Of a stretch of DNA of 64,000 bases, positions 10,423 through 22,190 are shown piece after piece. Source of the stretch: Trichosphaerium sp. ATCC 40318 (taxonomy: Eukaryota > Protista > Tubulinea); contig JALMLS010000173.1 of assembly GCA_038496445.1 (NCBI GenBank), positions 62,001 to 126,000 of the forward strand, written 5' to 3'. Made by a program: the position numbers and the translations under genes. The notes under the pieces were generated by a model that had not been told where the DNA came from, did no database searches, and saw only the letters and a program-made list of their open reading frames with translations. Within the stretch, counting starts at the first letter, position 1. Every line of letters begins with the position of its first letter.

Positions 10423-12571
10423 TTATAAATTTACCAGTCCTTCCTGTTTGTGAGAGCTTTGTGGGGGCTTGGCACTCAAAATCTTTGCCATGTGTGCAAG
10501 TAAGCTAAATTGTTTCAGAAAATCGTAATTAAAAATCTGTTTCAAAGTACCCATCAACACCCTCTCCTGTTGAAGCTGATACCTCTGTGAACGCGGTAAC
10601 CTGTAGATCTTCAAACTTGCATTGAACTTCCTCTGAAGTGATTGTTCGATCTACTCTATCAATCTTATTTGCACATACAATGGTGTGACAATCGGGCACA
10701 TTTTTTTGAAGCTCCCTCATCCAATAATCAGCTTCCTAAACTTGTTACACCAGTGGTAAAATGAAAACGGGATTTTGGATATAAATCCCACTAAATTCCT
10801 TTGTTTTAGGGATTTTTAAGGTAATTTGTGAAGAATTCTTATTTTTATTTTTTTTTATGGCAGGATTTTTGATAGAATTACCATAATATTCCCTTAAATA
10901 CGGAATTTTCAGAATTATTGTACAAAATCCACCAAATAATGTACTAATTTAGTTAGGGTTAGGGTTAGGGCTAGGGTTGAGGTTTATGAAAGTACAAATT
11001 AAGTTAGGGTTAGGGTTTAGTTTTATATTTGCAAAAAACCATCGACACCTTAGGTACATAGGTTTTTCTAGCAAACAATATCCACATGTTATTATTAAAG
11101 GTGAAAAAACCAATGGTACAGGTTAAAGTGCGTTAATCCAAAAAGTAACGGAGAACACGTTTTAGGTGGTTTGGAAAATCACTTAAACATAAATATCTCT
11201 TACTTATCTGTTTTAGGATGATTAAAGCATTGCAACAGCCTTATTACACCATTAAAGAATGTATTTAAAGCATTAACTCCAAGTACGTTGTTTTTAAAGC
11301 TTATTTCCACTTAATTTATCAAAAAACCCTACACGTTCTTAATTTAGCGTTTACAAACGCATTAATTATTGTTCAGGCTCTCAAAACCAAATGCGATCAA
11401 ATTGCTTCTTTCGTTTATGAAGACACGATGTATTTAACTTGTACGTATTATTTAGGATGTTTGTATTTTGTAATGATCAATAAATAAAATGACTTTGCAT
11501 TAAATCTGAACCAAAGTATTGAATAATATTTTGTGTAATTTATAAAGTATTTTTTATTGAAATCTACAAAAAATACATTAAGAAATGCTATAAAGAATAC
11601 ATAGAGAATTCTATATAAAATACATATGCAATTCCAAAAGTAATACTTTAAGAATTCTATGAGTAATACTTACGGAATTTCATATAAATTCAATGGGAAT
11701 TAAGGAAGAGTTTTTCCGTCTACTTTTCCCATAGGAAAACAGGGTGGATTACTTAAAAATTCCCATTTCTTACTACTGACTTTTCCTTCTGTGAAAACCA
11801 CTCTGGTGACAACAAATAAATTCTCTTACTTCGAGTGACTCTGCATTGGTCACATCATATACAATAAGGGCAAGGTCTGCGTTTCTAGCGTATTGGTTAA
11901 CAAGAGGAACAAATTAATTTTATTCAAATTCCCACGCGTTGATAAGGCTCATTTTATAAGCGAAATAAAACACAAGCTCATGCTATGAGGTTGGGAAAAA
12001 AAAGTCGGATTTGAACTACAGTCGAACTGTAGCTTTAATTTTTTACACCAGCAATTTGTATGGCGCACCTGTAGTACATAGGTACGATAGCCTTGTATTG
12101 CTCGTGACCTAGGATATTTTGTTAGATTGAATCCAAGTTGTACATTTTCAAACCATTTGTGTCCCTGGTGGAATAAGATTAGTGTAATGAAACAAAATAG
12201 ACTTGCATACCATATTTCTAGACCTATCTGTTTTCCTTCGTCTGTGACAAGGTCTTTCGTCATGAATGCAGCTCCAATTGTGGGTGCCTGGCCTAGTAAT
12301 TTGAGACTTTGTTTTTGACATATGATTGGTGTACGTTCATCAAATGTGTTTCTCATTATGCGCACGCCAAGCTACAAATGAGTTAGATGTTTGAACACGT
12401 GGCTTGATTTTATGTACGCTAGTTTTCCCTTAAAACAAGGTTAGTGTAAATATTAACAGTTTATAAAACCGTACCCACAGCTGTAAACCCAAGAACTACA
12501 ACTTTGTATTTTGCAAGCTTTTTTGCTAGTGGCTTTTCTACAGTATTAGTCAAACAACACGAGGTGCTCAT
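10423..12571 (-). CDS. Rab5/Rab22-like small GTPase (multi-exon; 3' end uncertain)
   Basis: MSTSCC..YKVVVLGFTAVG|KTS..|QAPTIGAAFMTK..LEIW|DTN|GHEQYKAIVPMYYR|NADLALIVYDVT..|CANKID..EVSASTGEGV. Confidence 0.85.
10748..11808. mobile_element. CAC...GTG-terminal non-autonomous element inserted in a Rab intron, 1061 bp
   Basis: Imperfect TIR CACCAG(AG)TGGT; removing it leaves a ~33-nt intron, close to the size of the other short introns; carries internal TTAGGG repeats; no clear TSD. Confidence 0.65.
10953..11018 (+). repeat. Interstitial telomere-like (TTAGGG)n tracts
   Basis: TTAGGGTTAGGGTTAGGGCTAGGGTT and TTAGGGTTAGGGTTT. Confidence 0.85.
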
Positions 12572-12793
12572 GTTATGTTTGTTTTTTTTTGTTTATTGAA
12601 TTTACAGGAACTTTTCTTCAGTCATATTTTGAGCCTTGTGCGTTCAGATGAAAGAAATTGGTGTTTCTTTTGTACCAACACAGAGCAACATAACATAAAC
12701 TGAGCAAAAATATAGGAGTATTTGATAGTTCCTTTCATTGAAAAAAACAAAGTGTAAGGAACCAACTACAAAAACAACAAAGAATGATGTAAT

Positions 12794-12884
12794 TGTAACA
12801 GCGGTCAAACCAATTAAATAAATAAATCACGTGGACTTACAATAAGACGACTTGTTATCTTTATCCCTAACCGACCCTTTAACA
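12794..12884 (+). repeat. 5' LTR (91 bp)
   Basis: TGTAACAGCGG...CCCTTTAACA; one mismatch to the 3' LTR; contains AATAAA and CACGTG. Confidence 0.95.
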
Positions 12885-12885
12885 T

Positions 12886-12903
12886 TGGCGACACGACTGA
12901 GAT
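12886..12903 (+). promoter_or_regulatory. Primer binding site
   Basis: TGGCGACACGACTGAGAT starts 1 nt after the LTR and is complementary to a tRNA-like 3' end (..GTCGCCA); tRNA identity not determined. Confidence 0.75.
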
Positions 12904-13010
12904 TTAAACCGGCACGCTAAAAAGGAAATTATACACTACAAAAACGAAAATATTTTTCTCAAAACTGAGAAGAAACACGAAAAAACACGGAGACACGCAG
13001 AACAGACACT

Positions 13011-16000
13011 ATGGCGGAATTAAAGCATGACTATCACAAATATATCCCTTACCTTAAGAAACAACAAAACGGTGATTGGATTGGCGAGTGGAAAGGAAAG
13101 AAGAGTATTGGCGATGCGAAGATTGGATACGCAAAGAAACAACTCAAATTTTCTGGTTTGCTCAAAGACCTTCCTTATTTCCTAAACGAAGTCAAGAGGA
13201 TAGCTGTAGACGCACAACTAAGCAAGACAGCATATACAATCTTTCTTCAAAGCAACCTACCCTCCATGGCTGCTGATGAGCTCGAAGACGTTGAGAACAC
13301 ACCCACCGCGTATGTTAAACATCTCTGTGACCAAACCTTCACTCCAGAAAGACTACGGACCCTCAACAAGAGTTTTAACCGAGCAGAGATGGCAAGGAAC
13401 GAAGAAGTAAAAGCGTGGCTCAAAAGGGTCATTATCTACGGCAAAATATTGGAGAAGACACCTTTCGAATTGGCGATGAAATTTCGGGAAGGATTACCAA
13501 AATATTTGGATCGCGCTATCAGATTCGCCACGCAGAGCAAGACGGCCCAGGAGCTCCAGAAGTACACTGCTTACGACTATGCGAAGATAGCCATCGAGAA
13601 CAGCAACCTAGAAGACATAGATGATGTAGACTCGGCTTTCCTTAATGCTCTGGACTACAAACAGAAGGATTTTGATTCACGAAAACAAACTGGAGAAAGA
13701 AATGATTGGTACCCTAACAAGAGACCCAGACAATATGCAGGACACCAACAGCTTAATTATGGACCAGAGAACGCGATATACTCTCAAACCGGTGACTTCA
13801 AGTATTGGTATGAGCCCAAGACCAATATCAGGTGTGTCCTCAATCTTGAGAATGGTTTCATTAGAAGATACATCGAGGGAACAGAAATTTGTGGCTACTG
13901 CCATAAACCAGGACACATTGCCGCCAAATGCTGGCACAGGCCTTCTCAACCTTACCAACACAAAGGTAAAGGTAAAGGATACAGGAACCGAGGAAGAGGA
14001 CAAGGTAGAGGATACTACAATCAAAATCAATATAACAATAGGACCAACAAAGGAAAAAATTACCCAAGACCAAAAGCTAGAGGATACCAACCTACTCCTA
14101 CCTACCCACCTCCAAGGAACTATCACCCGGACCAACAGGAACAACAGGACCCAAGACCAAAACCTACCAACAACAACTCTTACCCTCCGCCAGAGTTAAA
14201 TGTACTGGACCAAAAACAGGACCAAGTCAATGAAAATGATATTGACTTAAATAAAATTGTTTTTAATTACTCTGTTCCTTTGAGTAAGACCAGGACCCAA
14301 TGCCAGGACCTACAAGACCCATCTCAGGACCCAAACAGGCCCTTTTCTTTACTAACCAATAGCTCAGGACTTACGGACACCAACACATGGGAATGTCTTG
14401 TCATTAACCAAGTAGATAAAAATAATCGAAAAAACTCAAACTTTGTTACTTTTTGTGGTGAAGAATTTAACTTTATTAATGAAGACCAGGCGCCTAACAA
14501 ACCTGAGATAAGTTACAGTATACTCAAGGCATCTTGTGTGATAGGAAACAACAAACTGGAGACTGTCTTTGATACTGGTGCTTCTGTTTCTTTGGTGGAC
14601 CTAAACGTTGTCAGAAATCTTAAGAAAATAAGTGAAGTTAAAAGAGAATATACCAGACCTTTATACACAGCGGACAACAAGATCATCAAGGTATATGGCA
14701 CTATTGTTCTTCTTGTTAAAGTTGGTGGTGTCACAATCTATCAAAGGATGTTAGTTATCAAGGACTTCAAGTTTGATGTACTATTGGGAATGGATTATAT
14801 GAACAAAAGTAAATGTGATATCAGTATGTCGAAGAAACAGATTATTGTTCAAGGAGGATTTCCTATACCTATACATACAATTAACAGAAGATACAAGAGC
14901 GACAACCTTCATGTTTTTACTTCAAATGACATAAAGCTATCGCCTTATGCTCAAACAGAGTTTAATGCTATAGTACCTCATGCTTATAATGGAATATCAG
15001 GATATGTCGATGGACATAAACAACTTATTGCTGAAGGAGTCTATGTTATTCATGAGTTGGTTAAACCTATAAAGAGAAGTGTTAGAGTGATGATTTTTAA
15101 TGGGACTAATAGACGGATTACATTACCTAAAGGTTATGACCTAGGTACCTTTGAACTTAAAGACCCTGAGGACACTATACATTCGCTGGAAGACAGCAAG
15201 GAAGAAGCACTAAAAGAAATTAACAAAATGTTTACTAAGAAAAGGACCGATGAAGAGATAAAGGAAATCTACAGGTTATTCAGGTTAGCGGATAAGAAGC
15301 TTTCAGACAAGCAGAAGATGATGGTAGCTATTCTTCATCATGAATACAAGGACCAGTTTAGTGAGAAGCTCGTACCAGGACCAACTATTACAGGACTAAA
15401 ACATGCAATTAATACTGAAGAAGGAAAAGGACCTATAGCTTTGGCTTACCGTTATATGACACCTATGAAAGCTAAGCTCATAAGACAAGAAGTAGAAAAG
15501 CTGCTGGAACAAGGGATCATCCGAGAATCTAACTCTCCTTGGGCCTCGCAAGTGGTGTTAGTACAAAAGAAAGATGGAAAATGGAGATTTTGTCTGGACT
15601 TCAGGGAACTAAATAAGATTACTAAGAAGGCTGTTCACCCTATACCACGGATCAATGAGATGCTGGACGCTACTGCATACGCTAAGTTCTTCTCTACCTA
15701 TGACCTTACAAGCAGTTACTTTCAAGTGGAGAATGAAGAAAGGGACATAGAAAAAACTGCTTTTTCAACAATTGATGGACACTTTGAATTTGTAAGAATG
15801 CCGATGGGACTCAAAAATGCTATGGCCACCTTTCAAAAGATGATGAACCTTACCATGAGTGGTCTTCTTTGGAAACTGTGTATGTGTTATGTCGATGATG
15901 TTATTATATTCTCCAGGAGCTTTACAGAACACCTCATACACACAAAATTAGTATTGGACAGGGTAAAAGAAAAAGGACTAAAACTAAAGGCAAGTACAGG

Positions 16001-19000
16001 GCTGAAACTCAACAAGGCATTTTTGGACAATGCCTAGGCATTTTCATCCAAATAATGCCTTATTTTTTACAAAAATGCCTAGTTTTTGCCTCATTCAAAA
16101 AGGCAAATACAGGGCAATGCCTTATTTTTTGCTCCAAAAATGCCTTATATTTGATGAAAAATGCTTGCATCTGGTACACAAGATTGCAATGGTTTTGCCT
16201 GCATATTTTAAGGAATTATGCCTTCAAATTAGGGCATAACTCATGCATCAATGCCTTATTTTGAAGGCAAAAAGAAAGCATTGTCATAGTCTACAGTGCC
16301 TAATAAACCAGGGCATTTTCAGGTAATAACACAACTATTTATTTTATAATACAGTACACATACAATACACAAAACTCCTAAGTCCACATTTGAAAAAACC
16401 TTAAAGAAAATATGAGATGGTGTAGAAAAAAAAAAAAAAAAAACTTACCTTGTAGTGTTAGAATTCCGCGGTCCTGGAAATATCGCGGAGTTCACTTCTA
16501 CTGCTGTTGTAGGTGAAATAGGGTGCTGCGGTTCGTTTGGCGGTGGTTTTGTCTAATTTCATCAATTACTAAGAGCGCTAGATGCCTATCTATATAAAAC
16601 GTCAGTAGGTGATGTGAAAAAAAAAGTGTAAAAGTTGTTTGTCTGTTACTTACCTTAAACCACTTCCTTAATGTGATCAGTCCTGTGATATAGTATAGGC
16701 AATGCCTTATATATGAATTAAAATACAAGGCATATATTGCTTAAAAAAATAAGGCATAATAAAGGCATAAAGTACTTGCAATATGGGGCATTACTTGATT
16801 TTATGCAATGCCAAAAAATGCAATACAAGGCATTACCTGATTTTATGCAATGCCAAAAGATGCCCAAAAATGCCTGGTATTAATGCCTTTTTGATGAAGG
16901 CATTGCCTTTTTGTAAAAATGCCTTATTTTATTGGGCAATGCCAAATGCAAATGCCTTGATTTTGCCATCTAATGCCAAATGTTAGGAATATGCATCATT
17001 TTTTAAGGCAATGCCTAGCTGAGTTTCAGCCCTGTAAATCAAATATATTTAATACCAGCGTACAATTCTTGGGCCACAGGATATCAGAACAAGGAGTACT
17101 ACCTAAGACATCTACAATCGAAGAAATCAGGAATATGAGAGAGCCTAACGGATTAGAAAGATTTTTAAATGTTACCAACCACTATAGAAGGTTTATACAG
17201 GACTATGCTCGGATTACAGAACCTCTACAGAAACTAAGGAGACAAGGAGTTAAATGGACATGGGAACAACCGCAGATAGAAGCTTACAAGGCATTGAAGG
17301 CAGCATTTACCACTCCACCAGTCCTCAAGCATCCAAACTTTAATGAAAGATTTGAACTTCATGTCGATGCATCTAACTATGCTTGTGGAGCTGTGCTAAG
17401 TCAAAAGGATGAGTCAGGAAAGGAACAACCGATTGCATACTTCTCAAAAGCTTTTTCAGAAACACAAAGGAGTTATCATACCACTGAAAGAGAGTTACTG
17501 GGCATCAAACTGGCACTGGAATATTTTAAGAATTATCTGGCCTATTCAAAATTTAAACTCACGGTATATACAGATCATAAACCACTAACATACCTAACAA
17601 AGATTAACTCTGTGAGACCAGTTATTGCAAGGATCATACTCACCATACAACAATTCGATTTTGAGCTAGTATACAAACCAGGAAAGCTTCATGTGGTACC
17701 TGATGCTCTATCAAGGACACCATTTGCTACAAAACAGGTCAATTTGATTAAGATAGGAAAGGAAGACTACAAAATTAAAGGAACGAACCAAGGATATGTG
17801 GACTGGAACAAGGAACAAAAAGCAGATAGACAGCAACTTACATCGAATATTTAACGTCAGGAAAGATTAATCAGGTCATAAAGAACTCAGATAAGTTTAA
17901 AAAGTCTTTATTCTATACAAGAGTAAGAGAACTTCGACTGAATGATGATGGAGTATTATATAGACGTACAGTACAACCGGATGGACAAGAAAGTTACCAA
18001 GTATATGTCCCTAATAATATAAATGTGAAAAGAGAAATATTCAGGCAAGGACATGATGCACCTTTAGCAGGACACTCAGGATTCGAAAAAACGTACCACA
18101 GGATAAAACAAAGATTTTACTGGCCAGGAATGTTTACAGAAACGAAGGAATGGTGTGAGTCATGCCCATCATGCCAAAGAACTAAAACACCGAGATTAAG
18201 AAAAGCAGGATTAATGGGAGAAAATTTTAATGTTGGAGTACCTTTTGGACTAGTCACTATGGATATCGTTGGACCACTCAACAGGACACCTAGAGGAAAC
18301 ACTTACCTGTTAGTGATAAATGACAACTTCACTAAATGGGTAGAAGCTTTTGCTATGCCGGATCAGGAGGCTTTGACCATTGCCAAACTATTTGTGGACC
18401 AATGGTGTTTCAGATACGGAATTCCTAAGAAAGTGTTAACAGATCAGGGAGCTAACTTTACTGGAGAAATTATGAAGCAAGTCTATGATCTACTACACAT
18501 AGACAAGCGACAAACATCAGCGTACCATGCTCAAACTGATGGACAGACAGAGAGATTCAATCATACCTTAATAGAAATGATAAGACATTTTGTAAATGAA
18601 GATCAGGATAACTGGGATGTATGGATCAACCCTTCTCTTTTCGCGTACCGTACAGCTGTTCATTCCACTACCAAGTATGAACCCTACAGGCTATTATTCG
18701 GAACAAGACCTAGGTTACCATTAGATGAACTGGTAGGACAAGAAAACATTTTAGAAAATAAGTATAATATGACGGACTGGGCTGAAACAATCGCACATAG
18801 ACTAAGAGCTGTACATGAATTAGCTAAGAAGAATATAATGGCACAGAAAAGGAAACAAGCTAAATATTATAATGAAAAAAGAAGAGAGATAGATTACGAA
18901 CTGGGACAAAAAGTTTGGTTATACGTACCTTATGTCAGAGAAGGAGAAAAGAAAAAATTGACTCAGAAATGGAAAGGACCTTACGAGATATTAGAAAGGA

Positions 19001-19635
19001 TTGGAAGTGTTAACTACCGGCTGGACATACCTAAAGGAAGCAAATTAAACCCTGTAGTTCATGTGGAGAGGATGAAACCTTTCATTGATTCATACCTAAG
19101 GCCTACTGAAGATATTGATGTGGACCTAAGAAATATTTATACAGAGACGGCAGAAAGAGGACTTTCAGAATTAGAATCAAGTGAAGATGGAAGTGGAGAA
19201 TATATACCTGGACCTGTGATGGATGGAACCAAGTCTATGCGAGATGCTAGAACAATAGCTAATAAGATAAGGGAAGAAAGTAACAAACCACAAAGAATGG
19301 AAATCGATGGAGAAGAAGAAAATAATACAAACCTGCGAAGAAGTAAAAGAGGAAATAAAACCACGAGAACGTCAAGGCTAAAAGAACTGATCCAAAGTAC
19401 CTACAAGGTAATGGAGAAGTTAGGATTGGACAAATCAAAGGAGGCGCTAAAAGATTTATTGGGAATAGGATCAAGATTTATTAGATCAGGCACCAGGAGT
19501 AAGGATTTAGAAAATGAGATTTCGTACCAGGCAGGATGTGGTCTTCTACAGTTGAAAGAATGGGTTGGAGAAATGCTGGATAACTTCGATAATGAATTTA
19601 AAGAAGAACAACTACTGGCTATAAGCGACTGGTAA
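13011..19635 (+). pseudogene. gag-pol: Single-frame gag-pol polyprotein interrupted by a TIR insertion (15997-17034) and a frameshift (~17830)
   Basis: CCHC knuckle CGYCHKPGHIAAKC; protease DTGAS; RT MPMGLKNA and YVDD; RNase H VDAS..ERELL..YTDH; integrase H-H-C-C, D-D-E (MDIVG, TDQG, ERFN) and GPY. Confidence 0.95.
15997..17034. mobile_element. Non-autonomous TIR DNA transposon nested in RT, 1038 bp
   Basis: 15-bp perfect TIR CAGGGCTGAAACTCA; TA duplication; excision restores KLKASKSNIFNTSVQFLGH in frame; many subterminal AATGCCT/AGGCATT motifs. Confidence 0.93.
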
Positions 19636-19838
19636 CAAACGCGTTTAAAGAAAAGCGAAGATTTGTAATTTAATTACGTACCGACGCTAAAACAGGATCG
19701 AGGATGGTTATTAAGGCTAAACGATGCGATAAAAATTATTAACGGTTTTGATTACAAAAATACAGACTATAAACGTACCTGGATCAAAGGAGATGATTTA
19801 TAAGACGAGGGCGTCTTATCTGGGGTCCCTGGGAGATA

Positions 19839-19929
19839 TGTAACAGCGGTCAAACCAATTAAATAAATAAATCACGTGGACTTACAATAAGACGACTTGT
19901 TATCTTTATCCCTAACCGACCTTTTAACA
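19839..19929 (+). repeat. 3' LTR (91 bp)
   Basis: Direct repeat of 12794-12884, followed by TAAT. Confidence 0.95.
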
Positions 19930-20019
19930 TAATTAGTGCTTTATAAGTAAACAAAGGACGAAAGTTTGACAAAAAAAAGTTGAACTAAGAACAGAAAATA
20001 AACAGACAAACACAAACAA

Positions 20020-20800
20020 TTGGTTCTTTTTGTCCATGGAAAAGAGTGTGGAACTAAATACTAATAAATAGTACAGCAGTTTTTCTTACACCAACAATTG
20101 AATTACTCACATGCACTTAGAGTTGGAGCCAGAAATCGATATCAATTCGCAGCTCAGTGAAAGCTTGGATTCACCACATCTAAAAGAAAAAGTAAAAGAG
20201 TTTTATGAAGACAAAGAATTTCAAGTGCGTGAAACAGCCCATATGCCACCCCACCTTACTTAAATTTGTAGACGGCATTAAAATCGTTCTCAGAAATGAA
20301 GGAGGTGTCTGTCGTTTTCAAAAATATGTTTTCTGGGACTTCCCCGTTTGCTATTGTACATGAAATGTCTAGGGATTTCACTTTTGTTAAAACAAATATA
20401 AACTGTTATGGGTTTATTAACTCACGTGGGTTTGAAACGGTGGGTTGAGGCAGATCGTGTTTAAATAAGTGAGACAGAAATATCATCTGTCAGATCGGGC
20501 AGAGAAATTGGATTTTTTGCGACTAAGTCCATAGGCATGTGCAAATACAAGCTAAAAAAAAGAGATTATTGATATCTTGTTGTCAATAATCTGAGGAAAA
20601 CCTAGCAGTTAGCGGACCAGCAACAACATAGTCGTATATAGACAGGGTATATAACGTGGACAGTGTTTGCCCTAAACTTGTACAACCAAGTAACCAGAAT
20701 GTAGAAGCCCAACACGCTTGTTAAAGGTTTATTTGATAGATATATGTGTACGAGGTGCACACAGAGAGTTAGTTCAGTGTGTCCACATGTCGTTCATCAC
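20020..20800 (-). CDS. Small spliced gene of unknown function (boundaries uncertain)
   Basis: Successive GT-AG-bounded exons: ..HDLPQPTVSNP|ISCTIANGEVPENIFLKTTDTSFISENDFNAVYKF|CGESKLSLSCELISISGSNSKC|. Confidence 0.4.
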
Positions 20801-20851
20801 AGAAAGAAAAGTACAGCCGTAAGTTTTTTATTATGTTACAAAACGTTTTGA

Positions 20852-22190
20852 TTAAGATTCACCTGTTAGCTGTATAATCGTTAACTCAGGCGGACAGAAC
20901 AACCTTAAAGGAGGATGAGTGGCAATTCCTCTACTAGTATATATAAACATATCGTTCCCATCAGGACGTGTAAGCTTATTCAACCCTGAAGCTAATTCCC
21001 AGTGCTTTATCTTTCCTGGGTTGTTCCAAGGTATCATTCTTCTAAGTGTTGTTGGCAGTTGCCTGTGTGCTCTCGTTATAATAGGTACTAGTGGACCAAT
21101 ACTATTAATGATGTAAAAACGTGATATAGCTACTTATAGGTGTACGTTGGCAAACAGATTTGTCCGCCATGAGTGTGTCCACACAACATGAGGTCGATGC
21201 TCCATTTAGAATTAATATCAGGTGCGCTGTCTTCATGCAACAACTAGTTAGTGCTTGATACTTCGGCGTTTAAATAAACGTACCTGGAGCATGTGATAGA
21301 AGTATAGTAGCGTGTGTTTTTTTCACAGAGTCCAAGTCTTTGAGAGCAACTTCTGGTTTAAAATCTCTAAAGTCTCCTACTCCTAAAGGAAAGTCAGAAC
21401 GAAATGTACTTCTGGCTAATTACTAAGTACCAAAAAGAACCAAGTTAGTATCAGGTATAGGCACAACACTCTTGTTCATGAGTACGTGTATTCCTATATC
21501 AGTCAACGCCTTAATTATTCGCTCAGTGCCTTGTCTATTCTCTAAACAACAGTCAATACATTTGATAATAACAAACCGCAGCACTAATACCACGTGATGA
21601 AAATCCTATTTGATGGCATTTTCTGTAAGCGTACCTTTATAGTCATGGTTTCCTAATACAGCATACACGCCATGTTTCGCTTTAAACTTGCTTAAAAATA
21701 ACTCACAAAATTCATGAATAGGTTCAGACCTGCGTTCAACATAGTCACCTAACCCATAAATAAGTTTAGGCACGTGACCTTAGAATAAAACTTATTAAGA
21801 TACGTACCTGTTAAGACAATGATGTCAGGGTCCTGAGCGTTTGTCTGAGTGATGAGTTGGCGTAGTAGAGCGTGTCTCACCCTTGTTGGAAAAGGCCATT
21901 TATCATAGTGAAAATCTGTCAAATGAACCATCTTTACAGGTTTGTTTAGGTTAGGTACGCTTATAGATACGTTCTCTGTGCTTAAGCGTGATGGAAAAAC
22001 GAGCTGTATCAGATAAACAATGAATTCAAAGCATTGAAGCCATATAATCGTAGTTGTACGCATTTTTACGCTGCCAGCTCCTAAATTGGCTGTTTGCTTG
22101 TTATCGATATTCGTTGGGTATCCCAGGCGCTTGTAACGGAGAAATAAATGAACCGGTGCGGTTGTGGAAGTGTAGATGCTTACTGGACAT
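20852..22190 (-). CDS. Calcineurin-like metallophosphoesterase (YkuE/YaeI type), spliced; start uncertain
   Basis: Motifs HLTDFH, IVLTGDYV, AVLGNHD, LCGHTHGGQI and TSRGI..PPLRLFCPPEL. Confidence 0.88.

Larger units (their letters stand above)
12794..19929 (+). mobile_element. Ty3/Gypsy LTR retrotransposon, full length but disrupted
   Basis: TG...CA LTRs at both ends, TAAT 4-bp TSD, PBS, domain order gag-PR-RT-RH-IN. Confidence 0.97.

Noticed and set aside
10953-11018. True chromosome end
   Set aside because: Only a few TTAGGG units, internal to an intronic insertion with genes on both sides
16030-16986. Short ORFs inside the pol interruption
   Set aside because: Derived from AATGCC repeat arrays; no transposase motifs
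17820-17855. Programmed ribosomal frameshift between RNase H and integrase
   Set aside because: No slippery heptamer, and not the usual position; more likely a disabling indel
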